A stretch of DNA of 64,000 bases from the human T2T-CHM13v2.0 reference genome, Homo sapiens, in NCBI RefSeq assembly GCF_009914755.1, contig NC_060944.1. The stretch is one strand, 5' to 3'. The position numbers and the translations under genes were made by a program. A model generated the notes under the pieces. That model did no database searches. It worked only from the letters and a program-made list of their open reading frames with translations, and was not told where the DNA came from. The number at the start of each line of letters is the position of its first letter. The stretch's first letter is position 1. Shown here piece after piece: positions 47,312 through 63,498 of this stretch.

Positions 47312-47860
47312 TGTGACAGTGAAAAGGAGGCCCAGTATGGCTACCCCCATTTCGCTCCTAACCCCCTGCCCCCTGGAGGTGATATCTTCTAGGTTAACTG
47401 CTTTTGCTCCTCTCTGCACATAGACCAAGCTAACTATAGGAGGAATTTAGTTTACAGTTTAACTTTAAAGCAAGGATGAAAATAATCCTTTCCCAAAATT
47501 ACCCCCCAAGAAGATAAGGAGGGTGTACGCACAGAAACCATGTTGTATTCAAGATTTGTGGGAACGTGTGGCCTGACCAAGGACAGAGAGGTTTCATGGC
47601 CTCATCAGACAGTCACTGGTGCCCACAAGTCTGAGGTTGTTGGTCACCTCTTGATCCCAACCCTTTCCTGTTCCCCCTGCCCCTAACATAAAAAGAGCCT
47701 GAAACTTTTACTGACTTAAGATGGTTCTTTAGGACGTTAGTCCACCATCTGCTCAGTGTGCTGGCTCTCCAAAATAAAGCTGCTTTCCCTGCTCCAACTC
47801 CTTGCCTCTCGACTTACTTGCTGTGCTGTGGCTAGAAGAACAAGTTTGAACTTGGTTACA
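47312..47860 (+). mobile_element. ERV1 (MER4-group, LTR8-related) solo LTR
   Basis: TG...CA termini (tgtgacagtgaaa...ttggttaca); 4-bp TSD gtcc at 47308-47311 and 47861-47864; cataaaaag and AATAAA in LTR order. Confidence 0.85.
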
Positions 47861-48551
47861 GTCCCGGAGTCCCTTCCCTCGGGTGACTGCAGCTGTTTCA
47901 TGGCTATACCATAAATGCTGTCTCTGGTTTGTGGCTCCCACATTTATAACTCTCTCCCCAGCCTCTTCTAAACCCCAGGCTTATGAGTCCCACTCTGAAT
48001 GTGGCATCATCTGAGAGCTTTCTGCCATGACTCTGAAACACTGATGTCCTCTCCACTCCGCCCCACCTCGACTGCTTCTGCTCTGGTTTTCCCACCAAAG
48101 TGAAGACATCTCCACCCACCATTGCTTAAGACAAACACCAGGGAGTTATTCTTTATACTCTCCTTGTATTTGTTATCTGTTGCTGCCTAACAAATTACCA
48201 CAAACTTAGTGGCTTTAAACCACACCCATTTATCATCTTACAGCTTCCACGGGTCAGAAGTTTGGCACAGTGTGGCTCAGTTGGTTCCCCTGCTCCAGGT
48301 CTCAGAGGGCCAAAATCAAGGTATCAGCAGGGCTGTGCTCCTTACTGGAGGCTCTAGGAAGAATCTGGTCCTAAGTGTATTCAGGTTGATGGAAGTTCCT
48401 TGCAGTTGTAGAACTGAGGTCCCCATTTCCTTGCTTGCTGCCATCCAGGGTGCCCTTACTTCTTTAGAGCCCTCTCTTTGTTTTTTTTTTTGTTTTGTTT
48501 TTGTTTTTGTTTTTTGCACGTGACTCTATGTGTTGTTAAGAAGCAACAACA

Positions 48552-49005
48552 ATTTATTGTGGTACCGTTTACAATAGCAAAGACTTGGAACCAACCCAAA
48601 TGCTCATCAATGATAGACTGGATAAAGAAAATGTAGCATATATACACCATGGAATACTATGCAGCCATAAAAAAGGATGAGTTCATGTCCTTTGCAGGGA
48701 CTTGGATGAAGCTGGAAACCATCATTCTCAGCAAACTAACACAAGAACAAAAAAACCAAACACCGCATGTTCTCACTCATAAGTAGGAGTTGAACAAAAA
48801 GCCAAACACCGCATGTTCTCACTCCTAAGTAGGAGAACACATGGACACAGGGAGGAGAACATCACACACCGGGGTCTGTCGGGGGGCAGGGGGCTGGACA
48901 GGGGGAGCATTAGGAGAAATAACACCATGGCATGTGTATACTTATGTAACAAACCTGCATGTTCTGCACACGTACCCCAGAACTTAAAGTATTAAAAAAA
49001 AAAAA
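48552..49005 (+). mobile_element. L1PA (PA6-8-like) 3' end, 5'-truncated
   Basis: L1PA 3'UTR with poly-A; TSD aagcaacaaca at 48541-48551 and 49006-49016. Confidence 0.93.
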
Positions 49006-49192
49006 AAGCAACAACAGCACATAGAACCCTTCTCATGATTGACATCTCTGTTTTGCCCTGGTGCTGCAGCTCTCTGACTGCGGCAGGAGGAAGTTATCTG
49101 CCTTTAAAGGCCCATTCAGTTAAAGTGGGCTCACCTGGATAATCCAGGCTAAATCCAGGATAATCTCCCTATTTAAAAATCAGCAGTAACAC

Positions 49193-49632
49193 TGCTGTGG
49201 GTTGAACTGTGTCTCCTGAAAAGGTATGTTAAAGTTATAACCCTGGTACTCATGAATGTGACTTTATTTGTAAATTGAGCCTTTGCAAATGTAATCAAGT
49301 TAAGACAAAGTCAGATGAGGAGTAGGTGGACCCTGAATCCAATCTGACTGGTGTCCTATTAAGAAGAGGAAAAGACCCAGCACTTTGGGAGGCCGAGGTG
49401 GGCGGATCACCTGAGGTTGGGAGTTCGAGACCAGCCTGACCAATATGGAGAAACCCCGTCTCTACTAAAAACACAAAAGTAGCTGGGCATGGTGGCACGT
49501 GCCTGTAATCCCAGCTACTTGGGAGGCTGAGGCAGGAGAATTACTTGAACCTGGGAGGCGGAGGTTGTGGTGAGCCAAGCCAAGATTGCGCCATTGCACT
49601 CCAGCCTGGGCAAGAAGAGCGAAACTCTATCT

Positions 49633-49674
<42 letters not shown>

Positions 49675-49965
49675 AGAAGAGGAAAAGAGAAAGAAAAACA
49701 CACAGAGGCTCTGTCATATGAAGACAGATGCACAGAGGGCAGATGGCTGTGTGATAACAGAGCCAGAGACACAGGTTATGCAGCTGTAAGCCAAGGAATG
49801 CCAAGGACTCCCAGTAACAACCCAGAGCTGGGAGAGAGGTCACGGCCCTGCTGACCCCTCGATTTCAGACTTTTGGCCAGTAGATGTGTAAGAGAACACA
49901 TTTCTGTTGCTTTAGGCCACTCCATTTGAGGTGCTTTGTTACAAAAGCCCCAGGACACAAATACA
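49193..49965 (+). mobile_element. MLT1B/C LTR (contains an Alu)
   Basis: tgctgtgggttgaactgtgtctcc...tttgttacaaaagccccaggacacaaataca. Confidence 0.85.
49376..49673 (+). mobile_element. AluSp, slightly 5'-truncated, long A-tail
   Basis: ctgaccaatatggagaaacccc; TSD aagaagaggaaaaga at 49361-49375 and 49674-49688. Confidence 0.95.
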
Positions 49966-50354
49966 AATCCCAATTACATCTGCAAAGTCCCATGTAAGGT
50001 CACATATGGGTATGGTCACATATAATGCCCATATATAAGGTCACATATGGGCATCAGATTCACAGTCCCAGAGCTTACAGTGTGGAATCTTCTTGAGGCC
50101 ATAATTCTGCCTACCTCCTCTCCCCGTTCCATATAGCTAATCCATCACCAAGTCAATTCTTTCTTAAAAAATTTTTAAAGTTTTTGAGCTATTTATCTGT
50201 ATCTCTACTGTAGTCAAGACACCTTCATGTCCTACCTGGATTATTACAATAGTTCACTAACTTATCTCCTCGTTTCTCCCCTTGCCTATCTCACAAAATT
50301 CTTTCTTACAAAACAATCAGATCATTTTAGAACACAAGTTGGATCATATCATTT

Positions 50355-50800
50355 GTATCAGTGTAGAATTTATTCAGGAACAAGTAAGAGAAAATCCAAC
50401 TTATGATGACTTGAAAAAAAAGAGAGATGCCTATTTTTTCTCACATGAGAATGCCCAACACAGGCAGTCCAGAGCTGATGCAGAAGCTGAATAATGTGAT
50501 TAAGGACCGAGTCACTTTCTACATTTCTGCTTTGCCATTCTTAAATTTATTTACCTTCTGTCCTCATGGTTGCAATATGACTGCCATGCCTCCAGGCATC
50601 ACATTTGTGCTCAGGATGGAAGTTAGTGAAGGACAAACGACAAAACCTGCCAAAGTTTACTTCCCTTTTTATTAGGTAGTCCAAAAATTTCTCAGAAACT
50701 GTTCTTACTGAACATAAGCTTATATCTCATTGTCTAAAACTGTATCACGTGACTATCCCCAGCTGTGAGGGAGCCTTGGAAACTGAATATTTCTTTAGAG
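50355..50800 (-). mobile_element. Ancient MLT1 (J/K/L-like) LTR
   Basis: tgtcctcatggttgcaatatgactgccatgcctccaggcatcacatt...tatatctcattgtctaaaactgtatcacgtgac. Confidence 0.65.
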
Positions 50801-50894
50801 AAAGGCAAGAGAAAATGATGTTGAGAATGGGTATTCCATGAGCCTATCTACATCATCTCCCTTACCACTGTCTTGTTTAGAAGCTCTCTGTTTG

Positions 50895-53373
<2,479 letters not shown>

Positions 53374-53484
53374 CCTGTTTGGCATTTTAATGCAGTATAA
53401 ATAAAATTCGAATTTCCTCACTGCCTCTCTAATATTATAATTTATGACTCGTCTCCCTCTCTGGGTGTGCCAGTCACTGCAGCA

Positions 53485-53789
53485 TTTTTTTTTTTTTAAG
53501 ACTGATTCTCACTCTGTTGCCCAGGCCAGAGTGCAGCAGTGGCGTGATCTCGGCTTACTGCAACCTCTGCCTTCCGGGTTCAAGGGTTCAAGCGATTCTC
53601 CTGCCTCAGTCTCCCAAGTAGCTGGGACTATCGGTGGGCACCACCACGCTTGGCTAATTTTTTTATATTTTTAGTAGAGAGGGGTTTTCACCACGTTAGC
53701 CAGGACGGTCTCGATCTCCTGACCTTGTGATCCACATGCCTCGGCCTCCCAAAATGCTGGGATTATAGGCGTGAGCCACCGGCCCGGCT
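53485..53789 (-). mobile_element. AluS (Sc-like)
   Basis: TSD tcactgcagc at 53474-53483 and 53790-53799; internal 8-bp duplication gggttcaa. Confidence 0.94.
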
Positions 53790-53862
53790 TCACTGCAGCC
53801 TTTTTCCTAGTTCTTTCCTTATGTGGAGGCTTTGCTCATGCCTTTCTTTTTGTCTAGGAGGT

Positions 53863-54287
53863 AGATTGCATTATTGCTCCTGATTCTTCACTCTGTCCCT
53901 GTAATAAAGTGTCTACTCATGCACTTTACAGAGCCACTCTGTGGAGGAAGTAAGACATGTTTTCTTGCTCCAGTACCTGGACTGATGTATGTTAATAGAT
54001 GTGATGCTAGCAGAGGCTTTAGATGTGTTTGGGATGTTTGTCTTGGCCTCTTCCACTTCTGTCATCCACCATGAGAGATCGTGTTCCTGTAGCTTTTTGG
54101 CTCTCAGTGGGACACTGGAGCTAACTCAAAACCAACCTGCAGCCTGATGCTGAGCCCAGCTGAGTCCAGCCGAGATCACCCAGACTCCAGCCAAATCCGA
54201 GACTGAGTGAGAACAGTAAATGGTATTGCAAGCCACTGAGACTGCTTATGATTGTGATGCAGAATTAATGCCGCAAAATCTAACACA
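53863..54287 (+). mobile_element. MLT1H-like LTR
   Basis: aagccactgagactgcttatgattgtgatgcag...aaaatctaacaca end. Confidence 0.65.
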
Positions 54288-54289
54288 GT

Positions 54290-54625
54290 CTGAATTATTC
54301 TTCCTCTCCCCCACACTTTAACTTATACTTATCTTTTGGGTCCCAAATGAAATACGACTTCCTCAGAGAGACTTTTCCTGTATCCCCAAAGTTAGTTGTG
54401 CTAAGCTTTCTCATAGAATTCTATTCTTTCCTATGATTAAATCTAGCATAATTTGTAATTGTAGCTTTGTTCTCATGTTCATTTGTTAAAAATATACCGT
54501 ATACTATAGACTGTTAGCTCCCTGAGTGTAAACTCCTGTTTGTTAATAAATCAACACCAAACACCAAATACAAGGCCTGCACATAGTAAGTGCTCAATAA
54601 ATGTGAGTTATTGTTTATTGAACAA
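54290..54625 (+). mobile_element. L2 3' end
   Basis: ctatagactgttagctccctgag...gcacatagtaagtgctcaataaatg. Confidence 0.75.
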
Positions 54626-54947
54626 GTATACCCCAATCGAAGAAATATAATTGAGTTATTCAAAATTTTGTTCTTGAAGAATTTTTCAATGACATGTAAC
54701 CTATAGTTATAGAATTATAATCTAAATTGTATGAACAAATGTGAATGTATTCATATAAAAATATTCAAAGGGACTATACCAAAGAATTAATAATGCCTAT
54801 CTCTGTGTGGAGGCCTTATACTTTATCTTTTTTATTTTTTATAATTTTCTGTATTCGATACAGTTCTTCTAATATTGTGGCAATATATTACTTTTGTAAT
54901 CAGAAAACATAATAAAAGTTATTAAAGATACACATTTATCTTTTATA

Positions 54948-54955
54948 TGTATGTG

Positions 54956-54986
<31 letters not shown>
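54948..54986 (+). repeat. (TG)n microsatellite
   Basis: Direct reading. Confidence 0.95.
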
Positions 54987-55805
54987 ATGGACTTAATCAT
55001 GCTTTTCTTAGTGATGTAATGAGAAGATTCTAAAGAACATCAGAAATCAGACAAAGCCTGGGTGGGTGGCCAGAACATTCTGAGTTGGAAATAGCTTGTC
55101 CTGGGTTTCTCTGGTTTCAGGGCTCCCCAGAGTCTGTTCCCTGCCCTCTGGGAGGGTGTCTGACAAATACAAGGGACATTAGGGTCAAGAGGAAGGCATG
55201 GTCCCTTCATGGTCCCTTGGGACTAGGCTGACTGGGAGTACGAGTAGCTGAGTGAGACTAGATAGTTTGGTGGGAAGTTTAGACCAATGCCATCTTGAAG
55301 GGTGGACCAGGTGAGCAGCCCAGCAGAGATACCAGATGGAACTGTACATGGCAATTTGCCTCTCCGGAGACCATGATCTTGAAGCAAATGAGCACCTTGA
55401 TTGGCTGTTTGGATTTCATAGGCCAGAAGTTTCCAGGTAGGATTTCTCAGATACCAGGTTTCCTCAGGGACATCTCCTGTGGGACAAGGAAGGGCAAGGG
55501 GGAAGCTGGAAGGGCCTCGCATCCCCTCACTTCAACCCAAGCAGGTCCTCTATTATCTGTAAGAGCCCACTAAAAGCAAAGGAACAAAGGGTTCTATTGC
55601 TAAAAAAGGAGTTGGAGGTGGGAGTGGTCCTTAAAATCAGTGACAATGATAGGAAGCCACTGAAGACTTTCAAGGCGGGGAGTGACTTATTCAACACAAG
55701 GCTGCTGTTTTCACAGCACCGAGCAGGCCAGGCTGCAAGGCCAGGAGGCTTGAAGAGAGGCTGGAAGACAAGAGACTGTTGCCGTCAGTGAATAATGTGA
55801 CTGTG

Positions 55806-56025
55806 ATAATAATAACAATAATATTTATTGAGTCAGGCACTGTTCTAATTCCTTTACCTGTATTAACTCATTCTTCCCCATAACAATCCTATGAGGTAAG
55901 TACTATTATTATCTTCACTTTACCACTGAGGAAACGGAGGCACAGACAGAGATGGTAAATAACTCATGGTAAATCACACAGCCAGAAAGAAGAGAAGCTG
56001 GGATGTGATCCCAGACAGGCTGAGC
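55806..56025 (-). mobile_element. MIR SINE
   Basis: acaatcctatgaggtaagtactattattatcttcactttaccactgaggaaacggaggcacaga core. Confidence 0.9.
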
Positions 56026-56384
56026 CTTGCCCAGAGGGAGGTTGAGGACAAAAGTCCATCTGGCCTAATAGACTGGCCTGACCTTCCTTCATTATGCCCG
56101 CTGTTGCACTGTCTCTTGACCTTTTAATAGTGTCTAGTGGATTTAGGTTATTAGCCAGACAAACAAGCTCCCACGGCATGAGGACAGATGGGATAGGGGT
56201 GGGAACAGCAGAGGATCAAAGCCATACTGAAATGTCGAGTCTAAAATCCTTGGAGGCACCGACATTGAAGGAATAAGGTAAACCAGGAGAAGGTGATGCT
56301 GAGTGGAATGTGTCCAGTTTGGGATGACGAAGGTACCCAAGGGACATGCAGGTGGAATCAGTGACTGTAACAGCATGAACCATT

Positions 56385-56550
56385 ACACACCTGCATGTTT
56401 AGCATGAATCAGAATCACCTGTAGTGCGTGTTAAACCAAAGATCCCTAAACTTCATCCCTGGAGTGTGTGACTCAGTAGAATTTTTATTCCTAAAAAGCT
56501 CCCAGGTGGTGCTGATGTTGCTGGGTCCATGAACTACACTCAGGAGTACT
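56385..56550. mobile_element. MER5 MITE
   Basis: atcagaatcacctgtagtgcgtgttaaa...aagctcccaggtggtgctgatgttgctggg. Confidence 0.75.
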
Positions 56551-56749
56551 GTTTTGCATCTCCCAGCCAGCAAAGCCCTTATGCATGTACGATATCACGA
56601 ATTCTTCTGAAATGCTTCCCCAATTATATTTTGGTGACATTAGGGTTTTGAGAAATAAACATACGAACTCGTTTTCTCTTGTTTCTGACACCCTTTTCTT
56701 GAGTCATCAAAACCCCTAAGTAGCTGTCCTACATCTGTGCCTTTACATA

Positions 56750-57065
56750 AATTGTTCTTACAGTCAGCTAAGCCCTCCCTACCCTGCCTCCAAATTTAGC
56801 TAATTTATTTTATTGCTTAAAAGTTTATCTTCCCTAGGAAGCCTCCTCTGACCTCCTAATCTCATTTGGTTGCCCCTGCTGTGTACTCCCATGGAACTTT
56901 CTACCTACTTCTGCCATGCACTCAGCACGCGGCACTATATCTTTAACTGTCCTTCTCCTCCACTGACATCATAGACTTTGTATCTTGCAGTGCTTAGGGC
57001 AGTGCTTGGCATATGGTAAATGCTCAATAAATATGTGATGAATTCAGTTAAGTGAATGAATAAAC
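56750..57065 (+). mobile_element. L2 3' end
   Basis: cagtgcttggcatatggtaaatgctcaataaatatgtgatgaat...gaatgaataaa. Confidence 0.75.
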
Positions 57066-57120
57066 ACTTTCTTCTTTATCAGAGCTATCATCCCCTAAAT
57101 CTCTTTCATGGTGCATTCTT

Positions 57121-57498
57121 TTTTTAATTAAGGAAAAACTTTTCTTGAGATGCATGAAACTATGAATTCATAATGTAAAATTAACCATTTTAAAGTGAAC
57201 AGCATTTAGTGCACTCACAATGTTGCTCAACCATCATCTATATCTAATTCCAAAACACTTTGATTCCCAAAAGGAAATCCATGCTCATTAAGCAGTTATT
57301 CCCCATTGCCCATCTCCTCAACCCCTGACAACCACCAATTTGTTTTCTGCCTCTATGGAATTAACTATTCTGGATGTTTCATATAAATAGAATCATACAA
57401 TATGTAACCCTTTGTGTCTGGCTTCTTTCACTTTTTGAGGCTCATTCACATTGCAGCATGCATTAGTACTTCATTCCTTTTTTTATGATTGAGTAATA
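57121..57498 (-). mobile_element. L1MB (MB3-5-like) 3' end with a perfect 17-bp TSD
   Basis: taaaattaaccattttaaagtgaaca...catataaatagaatcatacaatatg; TSD tttcatggtgcattctt at 57104-57120 and 57499-57515. Confidence 0.88.
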
Positions 57499-58280
57499 TT
57501 TCATGGTGCATTCTTAATAGCACACTCTAATCTCTAGAACAGGCATGGAAAATGTGCTTTGTCTTAGATTCCAGTTCCTATCAATTACTGTACAGGCGAT
57601 TTTGAGGCCATATCTGGGCACAGTAGAAAATAACAAGTGATTGATCACTGTTATGGGCAAGACTGTGGGGAGTGGGGGTGATAATGCCATATATATGTCA
57701 CTCCCACTCTAGACTGAATTGATTCTCCTCTCCTCCTGTCCATGCTAAGGATGGGGAGTTTCGATAATAGGGCTCAAGATACAACTGGACCCAGTGCATT
57801 TTTCAGGAGTATTGAGAAGGCAACATTGTGAATCTGGGGTAATCAGGGAGGGCTCACTGGATGCAGTGACGTGACCTCAGCAAACGGAATTCTCAGCCTC
57901 TGAGCTGGCTGCTCAGAAAAACAAAACTGATTCTCCTCAGACGGAGACGGGTTGGCTGAGGGAACTTAGGGTATATGGCCCTAATGCAAAGTGACCAGTG
58001 TCTAACACAAGTTTCTTTCTTGTTGCTTGAATTTCCCAGGGTGGAGAGCCCCAGATTGGGTATTCTGGCCCTAGGGAGAGTTAACAGATCTTGGCACATT
58101 TTTGGACCAGGGCAGTTTCCAAATAAAGACCTGCATATCCCGACTGGTTGTCAAATGGAATTAGTGGCTTTGAGTTCAGCCTGTTCCTCACTAGAGTTAC
58201 CACATATAGGGAATGTTCTGGCAGCAGAGGGAATACCAAGGGGCCAGGGCAGGACCAAGGGAGTGGAGTGGTGGGCAGTA

Positions 58281-58698
58281 CAGATGCTCCTCAACTCATG
58301 AGGGGACTATGTCCGGACAAACCCATCAGAAGTTGAAAATATGCTAAGCTGAAAATGCATTTAATCCAACTAACATGCCGAGCATCATAGTTTAGCCTAT
58401 GCTGCCTTAAACATGCTCAGAACACTCATATTAGTCTGTGGTTAGGCAAAATCATCTGGCAACATAGTATACTGTAGGGTATCCATTGTTTACCCTCCTG
58501 ATTGTATGGCTGACTGGGAGTTGTGTCTTGCTGCCACTGCCCAGCATCTCAAAAGAGTATCATACCTCATCTTGCTAGCCCAAGAAAAGAACAAAATTCA
58601 AAATTTGAAGTACAGTTTCTATTAAATATGTGTTGCTATAGCACCCTTGTAAAGTTGAAAAATTATAAATCAAACCATTGCACATCAGGGACCATCTG
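58281..58698 (+). mobile_element. MER47B (TcMar-Tigger) non-autonomous DNA transposon
   Basis: TIRs cagatgctcctcaac and cagggaccatctg, flanked by TA on both sides (58279-58280, 58699-58700). Confidence 0.9.
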
Positions 58699-59718
58699 TA
58701 TAAGCAAGGCCGCTAGGGTGAAGAGATGGGGACTCCAGGGAGCTCAATTTCCTCTGAGGGTGTTCCTAATTAAATGGCTTTGCTTTTTCTTATTTTAGGC
58801 CACAATTAAAATTCTAAGTGGATCAGTTACTCTTGTTAGGTAAAAGATTTTCCACCTTCTCTCTGGCTAGAGTCCCATTTGCACTCTCTTTAAAATCCAA
58901 TGCTGGATACATTCAAGGCTCCAGATCAAATTTGGGAAAGGGATTCTCCTTCCAGCCTCTAGACCATGTGATATGGGAAATGCCTTCTTGAGCTCAGCCT
59001 TGAGGTCTCTCCAACCTAGATCTCCCTCAACAGATGTTCTACCTAATCCCCCAAACACTGCCACTATGAGTTCTTTGGCAAGGGATTTCCCCGCTTTTCC
59101 TGGTTCACTTTATGCACCAGCCTAGATTATTCTAGCTAGTATGTAAGGCATATGTCCCAGCATTTAGGGCATCTGGGATATGTCTTTGTTTTATGTCTTC
59201 ACATAAAGATTTAATGTTAAAGGACACAGACCAGTAGGATACTGTCATCCAAATCCGGACCATCTAAGTAAGAGTCATTGTCAGCCCTTGGGGTAGCTCT
59301 GGATAGAGGTACTATTGTAAATCATTCCTAGGGAAGTCTTAATAAAGAATAGTTCGTGAATATAAACAGGTGTTCAGCCTTTGGAACTTATCAAAGAGGA
59401 CGGCCATTTGTCACTCAGGGATGTGGAGGAGAGCTCCTGAAACACAGTGATACAAGTAATAGCATTCTATTAGATTAGTTCTATGGTCAAACAACTTTTG
59501 GAAATTCCACACAGCGTATGGAATTTGTCACAAGACAGGTCTGTCAAAGGCCATTAAGATTTCCTGTAGTAAGGAGCATATCTTCATTTGGCAATTTGGC
59601 TTGCTTTGTTTTTGTCCTAATTACTTAAGTAGATCAAAAGGGTCTTGAAGGCAAGAATTATGACTTTGAACCAATGCACATCAGAACCCAGCCCACACTC
59701 AGAAAATTATGAAGTTAG

Positions 59719-60320
<602 letters not shown>

Positions 60321-60543
60321 AGAAAATTATGAAGTTAATCCCTGCTGTCTACAGCCCCTTTAGAGTATCCAGACGGGTCCCCTGTGGGTGAAGTCCTATA
60401 ACATCACCCCCTTGTCCTATTGTGCCCTGCCTTCCTCCTGTGGACATCAGAATGAGCAGCCAGGCCCTGCTTTTCAGGCCTGGGAAAATGGAAAGAAAAG
60501 CTATTTCAAGAAAGAGGCCAGTCGGGATGCCTGAAGAAGATGA

Positions 60544-60557
60544 GTTACCATGGTGAC
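60544..60557. promoter_or_regulatory. Candidate RFX X-box
   Basis: GTTACCATGGTGAC, one mismatch from GTTRCCATGGYAAC; motif only. Confidence 0.35.
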
Positions 60558-60947
60558 AGGATAAGACTTTGTCACTTTGAAAAGGAATGACTTTTTTTTC
60601 CTACAGGAAAGCCATTCAGTGGGCAGAGATGGTGGCTCTAACTGAGGCTTTTGTCAGCTACGGTCCTTTATCACCATGGGTGTTGGTGCACTGTCAGATA
60701 ATGTAGAGTTTTTCTTGCATAAGGTGCTACGCTGGACCCAGGAAACAGGGCTGGGAGTTGGGACTCCTAGAGCCACTTCTGCCTTGACACAACTTGTAGG
60801 CTTAGGCAAGTTGCATCATTTCCTCTAGGTCCAGTTTCACTATTTACTAAATGCATAGCTGAAAATTTGGAGCAGGAGTTTTGGTGAGTTTCAAATGCTG
60901 CATCATTCAGTTAAAATCCAAGCAGGGTCTTTTTTCTTTTTTTCCCC

Positions 60948-61635
<688 letters not shown>

Positions 61636-61644
61636 AAAAAACCC

Positions 61645-62118
61645 CCCGCATTCCTATGTTTGTTGTAATACCATTAACAATAGCAAAGTCATGAACCAAC
61701 CTATGTGTCCATCAGTGGTCGATTGAATAAAGAATATGTGGTACATATATACCATACAATAGCACACGGCCATAAAAGGAATGAAATCATGCCCTCTGCA
61801 ACAACATGAGTGAAGCTGGAGGCTGTGATCCTAAGTGAACTAACTCAGTAGCAGAAAACCAAATATCACATGTTCTCACTTATAAGTGGGAGCTAAACAA
61901 TGAGTACACACGGACAGAAAGTTGGAAACAGTAGACACTGTGGACTCCACAAAAAAGAGGGTGAGAGGAAGATGAAGAGTGAAAAATTACCTGCTGGATA
62001 CAATGTTCAATATTCAGGTGACATGCATACTAGAAGTCCAATCTCTACCATTGCACAATATACCCATGTAACAAACATGCATGTGTACCCCCGGAATCTA
62101 GAATAAAAATTAAAAACA
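61645..62118 (+). mobile_element. L1PB-like 3' end
   Basis: cacatgttctcacttataagtgggagctaaacaatgag...tacccatgtaacaaacatgcatgtgtacccccggaatctagaataaaa. Confidence 0.88.
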
Positions 62119-62407
62119 ATAATTTGGGATGAATGGTATACCTAAAGGGTAAAAGTGAAAGCTTCTTAAAGCAAATGTTCCATTAAAATGTGAAATTCTC
62201 CTGTGTGTGTTCACCACGTGTTCCTCACAGACCTCCCTGGGCCTTGTCCCGTGGCTCCTCCTGTCCTTAATGTGTTCCAGGAGTTCATTTAAGCACCTGT
62301 GGTGGTTTGTATTATTTGGCAAATTGTCTTAAGGTGAGAGTTTCATAGTTCCTCTTAAAAGTGCACCAAAATGCGATGGCCTTATCCAATGTAGAAAGTG
62401 GCCTTAA

Positions 62408-62714
62408 GGCTGGGCACGGTGGCTCACGCCTTTAATCTCAGCACTTTGGGAGGCTGAGGTGGGTAGATCACTTGAGGTCGGGAGTTCGAGACCAGCCTGA
62501 CCAACATGGTGAAACCCCGTCGCTACTAAAAATACAAAATTAGCTGAGTGGGGTGACACGAGCCCGTAATCCCAGCTACTCTGGAGGCTGAGGCAGGGAA
62601 TCACTTGAACCCGGAAGGCGGAGGTAGCAGTGAGTCGAGATCATGCCATTGCACTACAGCCTGGGCAACAAGAGCGAAACTCTGTCTCAAAAAAAAAAAA
62701 AAAAAAAAAAAAAA
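62408..62714 (+). mobile_element. AluS (Sq/Sp-like)
   Basis: TSD agaaagtggcctta at 62393-62406 and 62717-62730. Confidence 0.96.
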
Positions 62715-63088
62715 GCAGAAAGTGGCCTTATTCAAATGTCCATTACTCGTAAAACGAGGGAGCTTGTCCACAATGTGAACTTTTGGGATCTTTCTGGTTC
62801 TAAATGATGGAGGAAGTGATGACTCCCAGGAAAAATACTCAAGATCCACAAGCAAAGAGGGGCCCAAACTCTAGTCTGAGATCGTGGGTTTTAAGGATAA
62901 CAGATCCCTTCAGATTTCGAGGCCAGCCTGGGCTGGCTGGGCACAGTGGGGCAGAGGAGAAGGGAAACGAAAGGGGAAGGCACAACTCAACCACTGATTA
63001 GTCCTGGGGTAGAGAGCTGGAGTCACCCAGTGCATGTTCCAAAAACAGCAAGAAAAATAGCCCCTGCTCCTCCCCCAGGGTTGTGGGG

Positions 63089-63107
63089 GACTGCTAGATG
63101 GCAGCTA
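63089..63107 (+). promoter_or_regulatory. Candidate CTCF site
   Basis: gaCTGCTAGATGGCAGCta is close to the CTCF core CCASYAGRKGGCRS; motif only. Confidence 0.35.
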
Positions 63108-63108
63108 G

Positions 63109-63498
<390 letters not shown>

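Larger units (their letters stand above)
48165..50115 (-). mobile_element. MLT1E-like LTR fragmented by nested L1PA, MLT1B/C and Alu
   Basis: tgtatttgttatctgttgctgcctaacaaattaccac...; resumes at 49017 and again at ~49970 (aattacatctgcaaagtcc...gccataattctgcctacc). Confidence 0.75.
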
